Shown: one piece after another, positions 13,612-25,719 of the stretch
Numbering within the stretch: position 1 is the stretch's first letter
Layout: each line of letters opens with the position of its first letter
NCBI GenBank assembly: GCA_013265495.1
Contig: MU058781.1
Span: 10,211,009-10,275,008, forward strand
Direction of reading: 5' to 3'
DNA length: 64,000 bases
Origin: Vicugna vicugna
Lineage: Eukaryota
The notes under the pieces: generated by a model
Told to the model about the DNA's origin: nothing
What the model saw: the letters and a program-made list of their open reading frames with translations, nothing else
Database searches by the model: none
Program-made: the position numbers and the translations under genes

Positions 13612-14000
13612 CGCTGTGAGGAAACGAGCTGCTTTTCATCCCATTTATTTCTCATTCTCCTTGGGTGGAATGCGGCTGTGCTGGCTTTTTGGCGCAGCTC
13701 TGTGACTGCTGGCCAGTTGAGTATGTATGGGTGGAAGTGATGTCTGCCACTTCTGGGCTTGGCCCATACAGACTTCCCACATGCAACACTCTACATTCTT
13801 CCCTCTTTCACGGTGACCTTGGGAACTATTTGTGGAACATGGTGGAACCATAAGATAGAATGGGATCAGCTCTTTGAAACATGGATAAGAGCCACTTAAC
13901 AATCAGGGACACTGACTTAGGACTTTAAGTGAGTGAGCAATAAAACACTGGTACTTGGGAATTTATTTATTAGAACAGCTAGAGTTACCTTTGTTACTAC
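13612..14000 (+). mobile_element. MLT1-family LTR (H/J-like)
   Basis: gggtggaagtgatgtctgccacttctgggcttggccc ... gtgagcaataaaac ... cagctagagttacc. Confidence 0.6.
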
Positions 14001-15369
14001 AAGTTTGGACTAACTTAGATGCGATTCTGAATTGTTTATTAATTCTGGATACAACGTGTCTATGGAAATGTCGGGACAAAGTTATTTACTAATAATTTCC
14101 ACAAAATACTCAAGTCCTAGTGAAAAGGCCACTTTCCCTATGACCTGCTAGCCAGCTTTATGTGAGGAAATTGAATAATTTGAGAATAAAAATAACAAAA
14201 CCATTAAAAAAAAAAAGCTTAAGAACTCACTTATACCACCAGCTGCTTCATGTTTCCATGGTAGAAATATGTTGGGAGAAATTCCAGTTACTTACAGCCT
14301 CTACTTATATATAAAGCTCAGAGTTTTTTTGAAACTTAGTTCTTATGTTCAGACCACAGGAACGAATTGGCTTCCAAAGGAATGATTTCCAGTTGTATAT
14401 AACTTTCGCATCACACTTAACCCCTAGTATAATTGGCCTTCTTTTCTTAATTGAAGGTAGTGACCATGGGGGAAGGAGGAAAAAAAATCACAAATATTCA
14501 CCTTGACTTAAGTTTCATGCCCCAGCCCATCATTTTTCTGTTCATGTAGAAATACACTTTCCTGGACATGCCAGCTTCCTTTTTTTTTTTTTTCTTTTCT
14601 GCAAGCACCCTAGAAATAGTTATAGACAAGGAAAAGTCATAGAAAAGAACCTCAGCAAATGTAGACTGGCATTGTGCGAAAGGTCACAGTGATGTACCAC
14701 ACCCCCAGATCCCTCTGGTGCATCTAAAGCAGAGTTATCCTCAGTAGCAGATGACTTCCTGGGTGACGCACGACCCATGGGCCACCCGCTCTGAGAATGC
14801 CCTCCCCATTCAAAAGAGCTTTGTGTCCAGAACTCTGGTGTATACGCTGAGACTCTACTCCTGACCACAGGGCATTGGATCAGTTAGGCAGATGAGAGTC
14901 TCCCCTCAGGGAATCTGGGATTTCAATGCAGCATTAGCAGTAAGTCTGGGTTATACCATGACATGGTGGTATGTAAATTGTAGTATCTAATGAAAAGTGG
15001 TGCTGGTCTTCAAAATAGAATGATTCAGGCCTAGGGATGAGAGAGTCTGAGCAGGAGAGGGAGGGGGGCGGAGAGGGAGATAAAGATAGAAATGAAGAAT
15101 GAATAAATAGATGCGAGAGAGCCTAGATTCCTACTGACTTTCTTCTTCCTGGTTACAAACCCTTCTCTGGAACGTGGTTAGCTTCTGGACTGGCCCAGAA
15201 TGAAGGTGCAGTTGAATGGCACAGTCAAGGCTCCCCAGTACAGGCCTTTTCTGACTAGTGATAAATTATGCCTTTGATAAGCCTTTCTCTTTGAACATCC
15301 CCTTTCCAACTTTCATGGTATTTTTTAATCTCTACTTTCCTGGTTTTTCAGCAAGTCATTTCCTACTTA

Positions 15370-15635
15370 TCTGTAAAGATCTGGATCAAGTATCACCTCC
15401 TCAGTGAAGTTTTATCAAATTCTGTTAGACAAAGTTAGTCATTTCTGCACCTGTGTTTTCATAGGACTTTCCACATTCCTGAACTATAACTATTTGTTTA
15501 TGCAACCCCTCACCCCTCGAACTGGGAGCACTTGTGGGTGAAACTAGAATATACTTTTCTTTGGATCTCTAGCATCTAGCAGTTTCTGGCACATAGTAGG
15601 TTCTCAGTAAGTGTTCATTAAATGAATGAATCAAT
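15370..15635 (+). mobile_element. L2 3' end
   Basis: ctggcacatagtaggttctcagtaagtgttcattaaatgaatgaat. Confidence 0.75.
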
Positions 15636-16384
15636 GCTGCCAACTTAGTTGGTGTTACTTCCTCTGTTCCTTGATGTCTTAAAGCCCCAAGACACTCTTT
15701 AAAACGTGTGCACCCTCAATCTTTTGAAGAGAACTTTTAAGGAACTCTTGGCTTCTTTCCCTCTGTCCACACTCATCTTGAGGCAGGGAGCTTTCTAGAA
15801 TACCTGTTTTTCTACAAGTAACACATTTTCATAAGAACTGACTCAGTCCTACCCATAGCTGGGGCTCATTAGCAAATAAAGCTTTGCATTCCAAAAATCA
15901 CTCCTGGAATGAGTTTATACTTTGAGAAATTATATAGAAAATTTAATTTGAAAAGCTTCAAAACTACTATGATTTAGATTTATGAACAAGAGGCTATCTA
16001 CTTTATCATTCAAGCTAACAAGGTATATTAATTATACTATGAAACATCAAACTGATCTGAAGAAAAATATGGATTATAATAGAGATATTTTAGAGATCCA
16101 AAGAAGCCTAAGATATATTATCAGAATAATGAGTGAAATAGCTGGTATATCCTAGGTCTCAGCAATGCTATGTTTCTGTCACTTTGGAATCAAGATTTCC
16201 AGGCTCACTGCTGTTAATTCAGGGGGTAGATAGTAACTCAAATCCATGTGTGCCTTGCATGGTTAAAGGGTTTTGCTTTATTCTTGTTACAAAGAACCAT
16301 GAGCTATTAGATTACCAGATTCTTTAATATCTACAGAGGAAAAAAGAAAGGAACAAAAACAAAGGGATTTTAAAATTTCTGCAT

Positions 16385-16505
16385 GTGTCTTTCTCTCTCT
16401 CTAGTGTGTGGTGTGTGTGTATATATATATATATAATTATATGTATAATATACACATATGTGTATACTCCAGTTATATGTATACACACACACACATACGT
16501 ATATA
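16385..16505. repeat. Compound (CT)/(GT)/(TA)/(CA) microsatellite
   Basis: Direct reading. Confidence 0.9.
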
Positions 16506-16621
16506 GGTAAATCTGAAAGAGCTCTTCTGATTTTTTTCTTCAACCTTTCATAAGGTGAAGTTTCATCAAACCACATCATGTGACTCTCCAGGAACCTCAC
16601 TGAACGGGTCTGACTCATCGT
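16500..16621 (-). pseudogene. Candidate terminal fossil exon (TMSQTRSVRFLESHMMWFDETSPYERLKKKIRR or DESDPFSEVPGESHDVV*)
   Basis: aaattcccag acceptor; runs into a microsatellite; 3' end unresolved. Confidence 0.4.
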
Positions 16622-17299
16622 CTGGGAATTTTAAATAGGCATGTGCTTCCATGAGAGTTAATACTTAAAAACACACATACACACAAACTGGCAGTGAAAG
16701 AGAGAAAGAAAAAAAAAGCTCAAGTGAAACTTTTGCTTGGCACAAACACTCGGGTCAGACACTGGCCACTCAATATTTCACAGTTAATTACCAGGTGGAG
16801 TTACCTTTCGAGTGGAGGTGGTGGCTCAGTGCTCAGGGGACAGACACAGTAAATCTACAGTTTATATTGTTAAACACCCAGCCAGGTTGGATTAAGCAGT
16901 GAAAGGAACAGCCCCTGGAATAGCTGACCCTGCTTCCCCTCTGAGATATGGAGCTTCCCTCAGAACCGAGGGCTGTGTCTGCCCACTAGTGGTCAGACGG
17001 CAGAGCTGGAACCCACACATTCCCTAGAGGACTTTATGCCAAGCTCTGTCTGGGTCAGTGCGGGGATGGCAGTAGTCACCTAGTCTCATTTTAAAGCAAG
17101 GATTGAGGGATCCATCAACTCAGTTCTGTTAGAGAAGTGAGAATGACAAAGGCTAAGTCAACTTGAAGCAAAAGTTTCTATTTGCAAATTTTACTTAAAA
17201 CCCTATTGATGGAGAGCAAGCTTTGCAATAGCAACCGAGGTTTCAGATCTATTACCAAAGGATCAGCTGTGTCAATAACACACAGTACAAACTAGTCAC

Positions 17300-17492
17300 C
17301 TTCTCTTTCTTCCCAGATCTTCATAGAATACCACACTGGGATATTTTCCAGTTTGACAAGCACTGAATGTTCTTCCATCGCCAGTGGAATTAATTTGAAA
17401 ACCCTTAGGTTGGAATTAAAACTCTTAAGCCAATTTGTCCCAACCTGTATCTTCATCATTATCTCCATTAAGTCTCTGAAAAAATCTGTCAT
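17300..17492 (-). pseudogene. Fossil exon (193 nt, open), death-domain-like: MTDFFRDLMEIMMKIQVGTNWLKSFNSNLRVFKLIPLAMEEHSVLVKLENIPVWYSMKIWEERE
   Basis: gctag acceptor, AAG|gtgact donor; ORF 17292..17492; G-x-x-W ... Y-x-M-x-x-W-x-x-R-E spacing. Confidence 0.55.
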
Positions 17493-18340
17493 CTAGCTAC
17501 ATTCAGTTAAACCCTGTCCGCAGCAGAATTTTCAGTTTGTCCTTCATACTTTGCTCACTACTGCCCACCTGAACTCTCTACCATGTTCTAATATCTCCGT
17601 ATACAAGGACTACCTTTGATTCAAAGTCAAATCCAACATCATCATCAAACTCTGAAACTATTACCATAGCATGTACTAATTATGTGGAACTTGTTATTGT
17701 CAGCTTTCATTGTCATATTTGTATCTCAAACAATCACTAGATATATGCCTTTGCTATAGAAAGTATGTCTTAGTCTCTTTTTCAGCCTCAAAGTGTTTAG
17801 CAAAGGTGTTTTCCTTGTAATAGGATATCTACAAATATTTGTTGAAATTAACATGCAGAAATGAATTAGTGGTTTAATTTCCAAGTCAAGACTCAAATCT
17901 GGCAGTTTTACTATGGTCCAAGGCAGTGTGCCAAAGCTCCCCCTCCCGGGGCTTTCCCTTAATCACGTCTAACAACGTCAATCTTACATTATGGGTAAGA
18001 GGCCACTGGATGGCGTACTGTCTCCCTGGTAAACTACCAAACTTTCTTTGACCTTCACATGAGTTTTAGAGTTTATGATATGCAAATTGTTTCAATGTTT
18101 TAACATCTTTTCGAATAAAAATTTGATTCCTATGAATACCACTGGAAAATTTAAACACATTTTAAAAATAGCATATCTGTCATAAATGTTAAAATTTGGT
18201 ATTTTCCCTTCTAATTTCTTAACTCTTAGTTCCTCACTCTAATTTACATCTCAAATACTGATTCAAAGAGTACTTTGGTTTACTCATCTACTCATTTAAT
18301 TTTTTTTTTTTAGGTTTTAAAATTTCTTCTTAGAGTTTAC

Positions 18341-18785
18341 CTTTAGTTCCATTTTCATAATTGTTCAAAATAATTTGTCAGCTTTCCTTCATTCCAGTGC
18401 TTTTCTGTCCTAGTTTAAAGAACAGTCATTAATCAACAAAAACATCTCAAACACATTTTGCCTTTCTCTTTAAATTTTCTCCTTAAAGTGGGTTCTCTCA
18501 TCACAATGTAACTCAAGAGTTATGCTCAGAAAATCCCTACAATGTGGTCCTTTCTAAATATAAGGTGGAGTACTTCTAGTCATGTGTTTGTCTCCTTTTC
18601 TTTCTTTAAAAAATCTTTTAAATGATACACATAGCTATTCCTTTCTCTTAAAATCAGTTCACTCCCAATACAGGCATTGTAATCTGCCTAAAATTGAAGT
18701 TGCCCCCAAACAATTCCACAAGATCGAAGCTCTCTTGTCAGCTTCTTCAGGAATGATGTATTAACTCAAAGTTTAAAAATCCAGA
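18341..18785 (-). pseudogene. Candidate larger fossil exon (...VNTSFLKKLTRELRSCGIVWGQLQF*ADYNACIGSELILRERNSYVYHLKDFLKKEKE...)
   Basis: Strong acceptor ttttattcttttgttccaag; donor position tentative (gtaaac). Confidence 0.4.
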
Positions 18786-19627
18786 CTTGGAACAAAAGAA
18801 TAAAACAATTCCCTAAGTTTGATTTTACTGTCTCCAAATAAATTCACTAGAAAATATTATCAGAAGGGGAGAATTAAACAATCACGCTAAGAACTGCCAA
18901 GAACTGAGCCATTGTACTTTTTAAATCTCTTCTCTTTAAAATATCATCAGAAGTCGTATTTCAAACATGGAGGAAGACAGCTGTTGGTTTACAGGGAATA
19001 GTTAGTGATGTATTATGGATGTGAAGGATTGTTACTTAACTCTTGGAAGAATGTATCATTTTGCTACTACGAAACTGTTCTCAAAAACTGCAATTTCTTC
19101 TTTAATACAGAAGACATTTATTGAGCATCTTTTATGTTTCAGGCCATGTGGTAGAAACGTGGAAATATCTAGAATATTTGTTATCAGTTACAGCTGTGAT
19201 TCTTTGCAGACTGGGGGATGTTTTGTGTGGAACTTTCTTACAGTATCAACTATGACCATGCAGATAACCAACTACTACATGTTATTTTCTAAATCATTAC
19301 TTTTTTGTCTCTTTACTTACTGATCAGATCCGTTGTTCATGGACATATGGTACAGTCACTGAGAAAACCAAAAACACTTGAATAACTGATATATCCATTG
19401 GCATTTATCACTGGCTTGCGTGTTATCCATAATACCCCCTTAGAAAGCAGGGTTAGTTAGGAAAGAAAAGGGATTAAAAAACAGAAATAATATAAGAAAA
19501 AAGATCATGATGACTTTCCATGACAAATGCATAACACAGTCTAATCTTTCTAGTGCACTGGCGGCTCAGGAAAGGGGAGCAGTTTGAAGGGTATCATCTT
19601 TCAGAAATATTCTATGAAGTTATCTAC

Positions 19628-19908
19628 CTTAACAGGTTGGAATGAACAGGAGTGAAGTGCCTGTGCAGAGATTTTCCTTAAGGCATTTGTTTCTCCAATC
19701 CACAAACTGCACAATTATGTGACACAAAAGACACCAATGATGACAGATAAGGGCTGTCATGAAAGAGTATGTCCCAGAGCAGGACGTTAAGGTGAAAATT
19801 TAGCCTCATTTTTATATGCAGCCCAGAGCAGCAGAGTTCCATTATCATCCAGGCTGTTGGTAAATTCTTACATAAGGTCTGTGTTGCACATGCAGGCACA
19901 ACTACATT
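19628..19908 (-). pseudogene. Candidate fossil exon (~281 nt, frameshifted; ...EFTNSLDDNGTLLLWAAYKNEAKF... / ...HIIVQFVDWRNKCLKENL...)
   Basis: ttgtcacag acceptor, AAG|gtagat donor; unique, coding-like sequence. Confidence 0.45.
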
Positions 19909-20459
19909 CTGTGACAATTGTGAAATGGACTATTAGAGCCATACTTTTCAATTTTTCATAACCCTTATTTTGTTTTAGTCACATGAAATAGACTTCCAGG
20001 AAAGCACTAGAGGGTAGTTTTAAATTTATTCTCCTGTTGGTTTGGTTGACAGTGAAAATTTTTTAACTATGTGGTTGAAATCATGGAATTACAAAGCTGG
20101 AAGATAATTCACTTATCATTTAATACAATCCTCTATTTTATAGTTGGGGGAACTGGGGGCCAGCATGTTTTAGTGACTTTCTCTCAGGGTCACACAGCTA
20201 GTTATAAAAAACCACAATCCAGTATAGTTTCTATGCCGTGTTTCCTCCCTGATGTTTTGGTGGTGGTGACATCTGATTTAGTGTTTAGTGTGAAAGCTTT
20301 TAGGTAATGTTCTTTCATAATGCATTGATTACTATAGCTCAAGACCTAAGGCTTCTAGATCAAGTTCAATCACAAATTATACCAAATTTTCTTCAGTGGC
20401 TGGTAGTTCCTGGTATAAAGAGAAGTTGGTACAAGTTACAGAGATGGGCAGAGGTATCT

Positions 20460-20832
20460 CTGCCTTAGCTCAAGCTGCTATCATAAATTACCATAGACTG
20501 GGTGGTTTTGACAACACATATTTAGTTATCACAGTCCAGGAGGCCAGAAAGTCCAAGATCAAGGTTCCAGCCAATTTGGTTCCTGGTGAGAACACTTTCT
20601 AGTTTGCAGACGGCCATCTTCTTGTATTTTCACATGGCAGAGAGAAATGATGATCTCATGTCTCTTCCTCTTTTGATAAGGGCACTAATTTCATCATGAG
20701 CTCCCCACCCTCATGGCCTAATCTAACATTAATTCCTTCCTAAAGTCTCTACCTCCAAATACCGTCACATTGGGGATTAAGGTTACAACACAGGAATTTT
20801 GGGAGGGCCACAAACCTTCAGACCATAATAAT
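20460..20832 (-). mobile_element. MLT1A-type LTR
   Basis: gctgctatcataaattaccatagactgggtgg...aagtccaagatcaaggttccagc...gggcactaatttcatcatgag. Confidence 0.8.
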
Positions 20833-21442
20833 ACCCACAGAAGAAAATTTTCAGCATAGGCCAAATTCAGGTGCACAAAAGATATGATAAAATGCTTAAT
20901 GTACAAAAGTACTGTGAATGGTTACAAAATGCATACTCTCCTATAAAAAACACTTCTAGAACTGTATCACAAAGCACAAGATGGTCATGGATTCATAATG
21001 GGGAAGAGGAGTTTCTTCTTCATTCTTACCAACATTGTAAAATTCATACTTTTAGAATGTACTTTTTAAAAATTGCTATTTATTCTTCTGTTTTCTTGGT
21101 GGGAAAGTAATATGTGCTGTCTGCAAATGTGTTGAGAACCTGAGAAGAAAGAAGGAAATAAAAATCACTTATAATCTCATCATTCCAAGATAAAAACAAT
21201 TCTAGTGTTAACTATTTTGAGTATTTGGGGATACGCATAGCATATATATAGTTATCTCCAGAAGGCAAAATAAAAGCGTCCCAATTCATTAAGTATTTTA
21301 TGGTAATTTCATTAACATTTTTCATGAAGAAGGAAAAGTTTTAGAAGAATACTATTCTACAGAAACATTCAAAGGCTAGCGCTGAGACAAAGACCACACA
21401 TTTTGCTTTAGACAAGAGATGGGAAGTGCCAGGTATACTTAT

Positions 21443-21775
21443 AGCCGTGTCCTTCATTTTAAAGTTCCGTTGACCAGCCACTCCTGGACTTAAGCTTCCT
21501 GGTTGCTTTTTCAATGTTTACTGGACAGATCTTCACCATCAAGAGCTTTTCTCCACACTGGTTATTAACCAGGGTTGTCAGCAGCAATGTGCTCAGTGTA
21601 TTTAGATGAGCTGCTCAACTCTGCAAGTATTCTCTGAGACAGATTCTTGCACCCGATCTTCTCAGGCTCCCCCTGGCTGAGATTCAGTCATTTCACCTCA
21701 AGTGATCTTTGCACTCCTCAGAATACCTTTATATCAGACAGACAGTGTGCTTCAGCTACACAAATGAGGCACCTT
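21443..21775 (-). pseudogene. Fossil exon (333 nt): RCLICVAEAHCLSDIKVF*GVQRSLEVK*LNLSQGEPEKIGCKNLSQRILAELSSSSKYTEHIAADNPG**PVWRKALDGEDLSSKH*KSNQEA*VQEWLVNGTLK*RTR
   Basis: atactctttcag acceptor; donor decayed to ataagt; many stops but protein-like composition. Confidence 0.55.
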
Positions 21776-23084
21776 CTGAAAGAGTATGATCTAATTGAAA
21801 CTGTCTTGAATGTCTTTATTCTAGACAGCCCCTATTACCGTATCTATTTTTACATTCACTTTATATTTTCCCCCTTTCAAGCTGATTAACGTTTGAAGCA
21901 TGGAGAAGAATCATACCTTTTGGTTTTTTTTAAATGTTTTGGATACTTCTAGTGGTCAGTCCTTAGATGAGCTTGTATCTTAAAATGGGCAATTTTTAAA
22001 AAATTTGTAATAAAAAGGTCCTGATGTATTTCATGCTGTTCGGGCTACATGTAAGAAAGAAAAAAATTTTTTATCTTTCTTACATGTAGATAATTATCTT
22101 TTATCTTTTATCGTTTTTATCATTATCTTTTCCTCTGGAAGTTAACAGTTGGAATAAAACTGAAGTCAAGGTGGTAGAGAGTATTAACTGCTTTCCTTAT
22201 TAGCTATGCAATATCCCCAACTAATTTCTACCCTTTCTTTTCTATATATTAAGATAATTACAGTCATTAGGATTACATTGTGGGTAAAGACACTATTGCT
22301 ATCATAGTTTCAAGTGAAATTGTCCTGGTACCTAAAGTGAGACAAAGCAGAAGTTTGTCCTCAGAGAGCTTTAATGGAGTGATCTGTTAAGTCAGCGCCT
22401 GGCATGAGAAGGGAGGAGCAGAAGTCAGGGAAAGAAAAAGCTTGGAAGCTTTAAACGTAAATGAACGTTAATCATGAAAAACACTGATTAAACTGTAACG
22501 ATGTAAAAGTTCATCTAGCTACTATGCAATTAACTCAAAATTACAATCATATATTGTATGTGTAATCACATCCTGAGAAACATATTACATTTTAAAAAAT
22601 GAAACTGCTTTAACAGGCTGCTTATGGGAGTCCACGACAGACAGCTACACCAATTTGATAATTAACTTTTTAAGGCTAGTTCACATTTTGTGTTCCTAAT
22701 TAATGCCTACTTAATTTTTTGATACATTCTGTATTAAGTGAAGTGCCAATTAAATGCTGGGCAAGCTCTGGCTAGTGGAAAAATCTCTAAACCTCAAAAA
22801 TCATGTGGTTTTATCATTAAATTTGTTCAATAGAAATCAACTAGGAATATCACTTTCTCACTAACACCTTAATAAATCTACCCTTGAACAGAATTATTAA
22901 AGCACAAAATGTAATTGGCTATGATGACTTAGTGAATTCAAGTCATCACTATGATGATAGTGTCTAATTATACGGTCACTTATAAAAAGTTTCTTAACTT
23001 CACAAATTGCGTAATAATCTCTGTAAGGTCCCATCAGATGTACTTAATTATTTCTTTATCTACTAAGGAAAATATTAGAGCCCA

Positions 23085-25700
23085 GGGTTGAAACCTTGCT
23101 GTCCTTTACTTTCTGGAAGCTTCATTTTACCTTTCACATTTAGACCTTCAATCCATTTGGAACTGATTTTTATGTGAGGGACAGATCAAGATTCATCTTT
23201 AAAAATATGGATATTCAATTTGTCCAGCAGCATAAAATTCCAAATACTCTGCAATGATAATGTCATGAATTAAAGGTCTACTTGTAGCTTTGATTTTTTT
23301 TTTTTTCTGGAATAACTACTCTGTTCCATTTTCCAGACCACACTGTTATTAGTGTAACATTATGTCAAGTCTTGATACCTTGTTTAAAAGGCCTTCTCAC
23401 ATGATCCTTCATCAGGAATGTCTCAGACGTCCTTAGCACACTGAATTTTATTACAAAATTTAAAAATCTTTGAGTTTTCACACTTTTGTGGGATATCTAT
23501 TGGGATTACACTGAATCTTTAAATCAGTTTGTAAATAAATGGCACTGTTACAATATTGAGTTTTCTAATTCATGAGAAGGACCTTAATCTCTTTATATAT
23601 TCATTAATTTCTTTCAATAAAGTCTTAGTTTTGTATATAGGTCTTTTAGTTTGTTAGATATATTTCTATATATTTGATAGTTTTGCTGCTTTTGTAAATC
23701 ATACCACTTTTTACTTAGCTTTTCAAAATTTTCACTTGCTGCTGGTATATAGAAAACCAACTGAATTTTATATAATGAATTATTATCCAGCAAGGTTTAT
23801 TATTTATATAATAATACATATATATAATATATATATAATATATATAATTATAATAAGAGTTTGCTAAACTCTTATTAATAACTAGCGTGATTATTATTTA
23901 TTTGTGGGTTTTTAAATTTTCTACTAATACAGCCACATCATCTTGCACGTAAGGACTGTATTATTGCTTATTTTGATCTATAAAATTAAATAGATAATAC
24001 TGAATGAACAGGTGATACTGGGAGTCTTCTCATTTCCAATCTCAAGGATAAAAAATGTAAATATTCTCTTGATAAGCAGTTTTTCATAGGATTTTTGTAG
24101 CTAGACAATAAGCTAGGGTATGCATCTATTTTAATTTAGTAGAAACTTCTGGTTGTTATTCAAAGTGGTTTTGCCAATTTATACTTCTTCAGCACGTAGG
24201 AGTCTCCATTCCATCATATCTTTGACCATGTCTGAAGTTGATAGTCATTTTCTAGTTTGCTGAAAGTTCTACCATGGGTAGTGATTCTTAACAGATAATT
24301 TTTTCTGCGTCTGTTAAGATGATAATGTAACTGTTCTCCTTTACTGCATCAGTCTGATGAACTGTACTGATTAATTTTCCAATGTTACTTCATTTTTGCA
24401 TTTCTAAAATAAGCCCAGATTTATCATGGTCTGTCAGCCTTTTTAATATATTGCTGACTTTTGTTTGTTAATATTCCACTTAGGATTATTTCATCTGTTA
24501 CTCAGTAAGAGTTCTCATAAGTTTCCTTTCTATAGTATCCTTGTCAGGTTTTGGGTTAAAGGCTGTGCTGGACTGAAAGTAAAATGAGAAAAGCTATCTC
24601 TTCTTCTGTGTTTTGGAAGAGTTTGTGCAGGTTCAGTGTTAATTTTTCTGTAAATATTTACCAGAATTCATTGGAAAACTGTCTGTGCCTAGAATTTTAT
24701 TTTGGAAAAAGTTTTACATGTAAAGATAAAAAAAATAGTTATTCAAGCTTCCTATTTCTTTTTGTGTTGGTTTGAGAAGTTATTTTTTTCAGGAACTTTT
24801 TCATCTAAATTTTCAAATTTATTGACGTGGACTTTTCCATTATATCTTATTATGATGATGTCTTAATTAATTTTTTGAAAAGACAACTTAATGCCTGGTT
24901 GTTTCTCTCCACTGTATTTTTTTGAACTGTTTTATTAATCTCCGTCCTCTCATCTACATTTTTGGGTTTAACTGGACTTTTTTCCCCCCTAGTTCCCTTT
25001 TCCTAGTTGCTAGTTTGTTTTTCTGCCTCTTTTCATTTTCAATTACATGAAGTTAAGGCTATGTTTTCCTATAATCATTGCTTTAGCTATATCCAGTTTT
25101 AGTGTTCATCATTATTCAGATCAAAGTAACTTACAATTTTCATTATGACTTCTTTGATGCGTCGCTTATTCAAAAGTGTGTTGTTTAATGTTTGAGAGTT
25201 AACAATTCTTTTTGCTCTTTACTTGTAGCTAAATTCCACTGTGATCAGAAAGCATAACTATTTGATTTTAATTCTTAATAATTGCTGAGACCTGATTTGT
25301 GGTTCAGTATGTAAAACAGTTTTTTAATGCTTCAGGTGTATTTTCAATTATGAGTGCAGAATTCTGTACAGCTCAGTTTTCACTTTCATAGCAACTAGCT
25401 GTGTTGCATAGTATCTAACTTTTAGAATTATATTTCTTAAACCTTTCATTATTATGAAGTACTCTCTGTCTAAAAATGTTGTTTTCCTTAAAGCCCATTT
25501 TGTGTGATATTAATATATCTACAATGACCTCAAGTTAGTTTTTATGTATCTGATTTTCCCTTTATTTCAGTTTCAACATTCTTATATTTTATATGTATCT
25601 CTGATAAGCAACTTGGGATTAGGTTTCGTTTGTTTTTAATTAAGTCTGATTCTCACTGACTTCTTAACATACTGTAATTTGGCTTTCATATCATAACATT
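23085..25700 (-). mobile_element. Old, degraded L1 (L1M-type) ORF2 region
   Basis: T-rich antisense L1 motifs (tttcacatttagaccttcaatccatttggaactgattttt; ttgctgctggtatatagaaaa); contains a (TA)n at ~23805-23855. Confidence 0.75.
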
Positions 25701-25719
25701 AAATTGCCTTGGCCCAGTG

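Noticed and set aside
17300..17492. NWLKSF motif read as an L2/CR1 reverse-transcriptase remnant
   Set aside because: Lacks the following GVPQGS motif and is bounded by splice sites co-oriented with the fossil gene.
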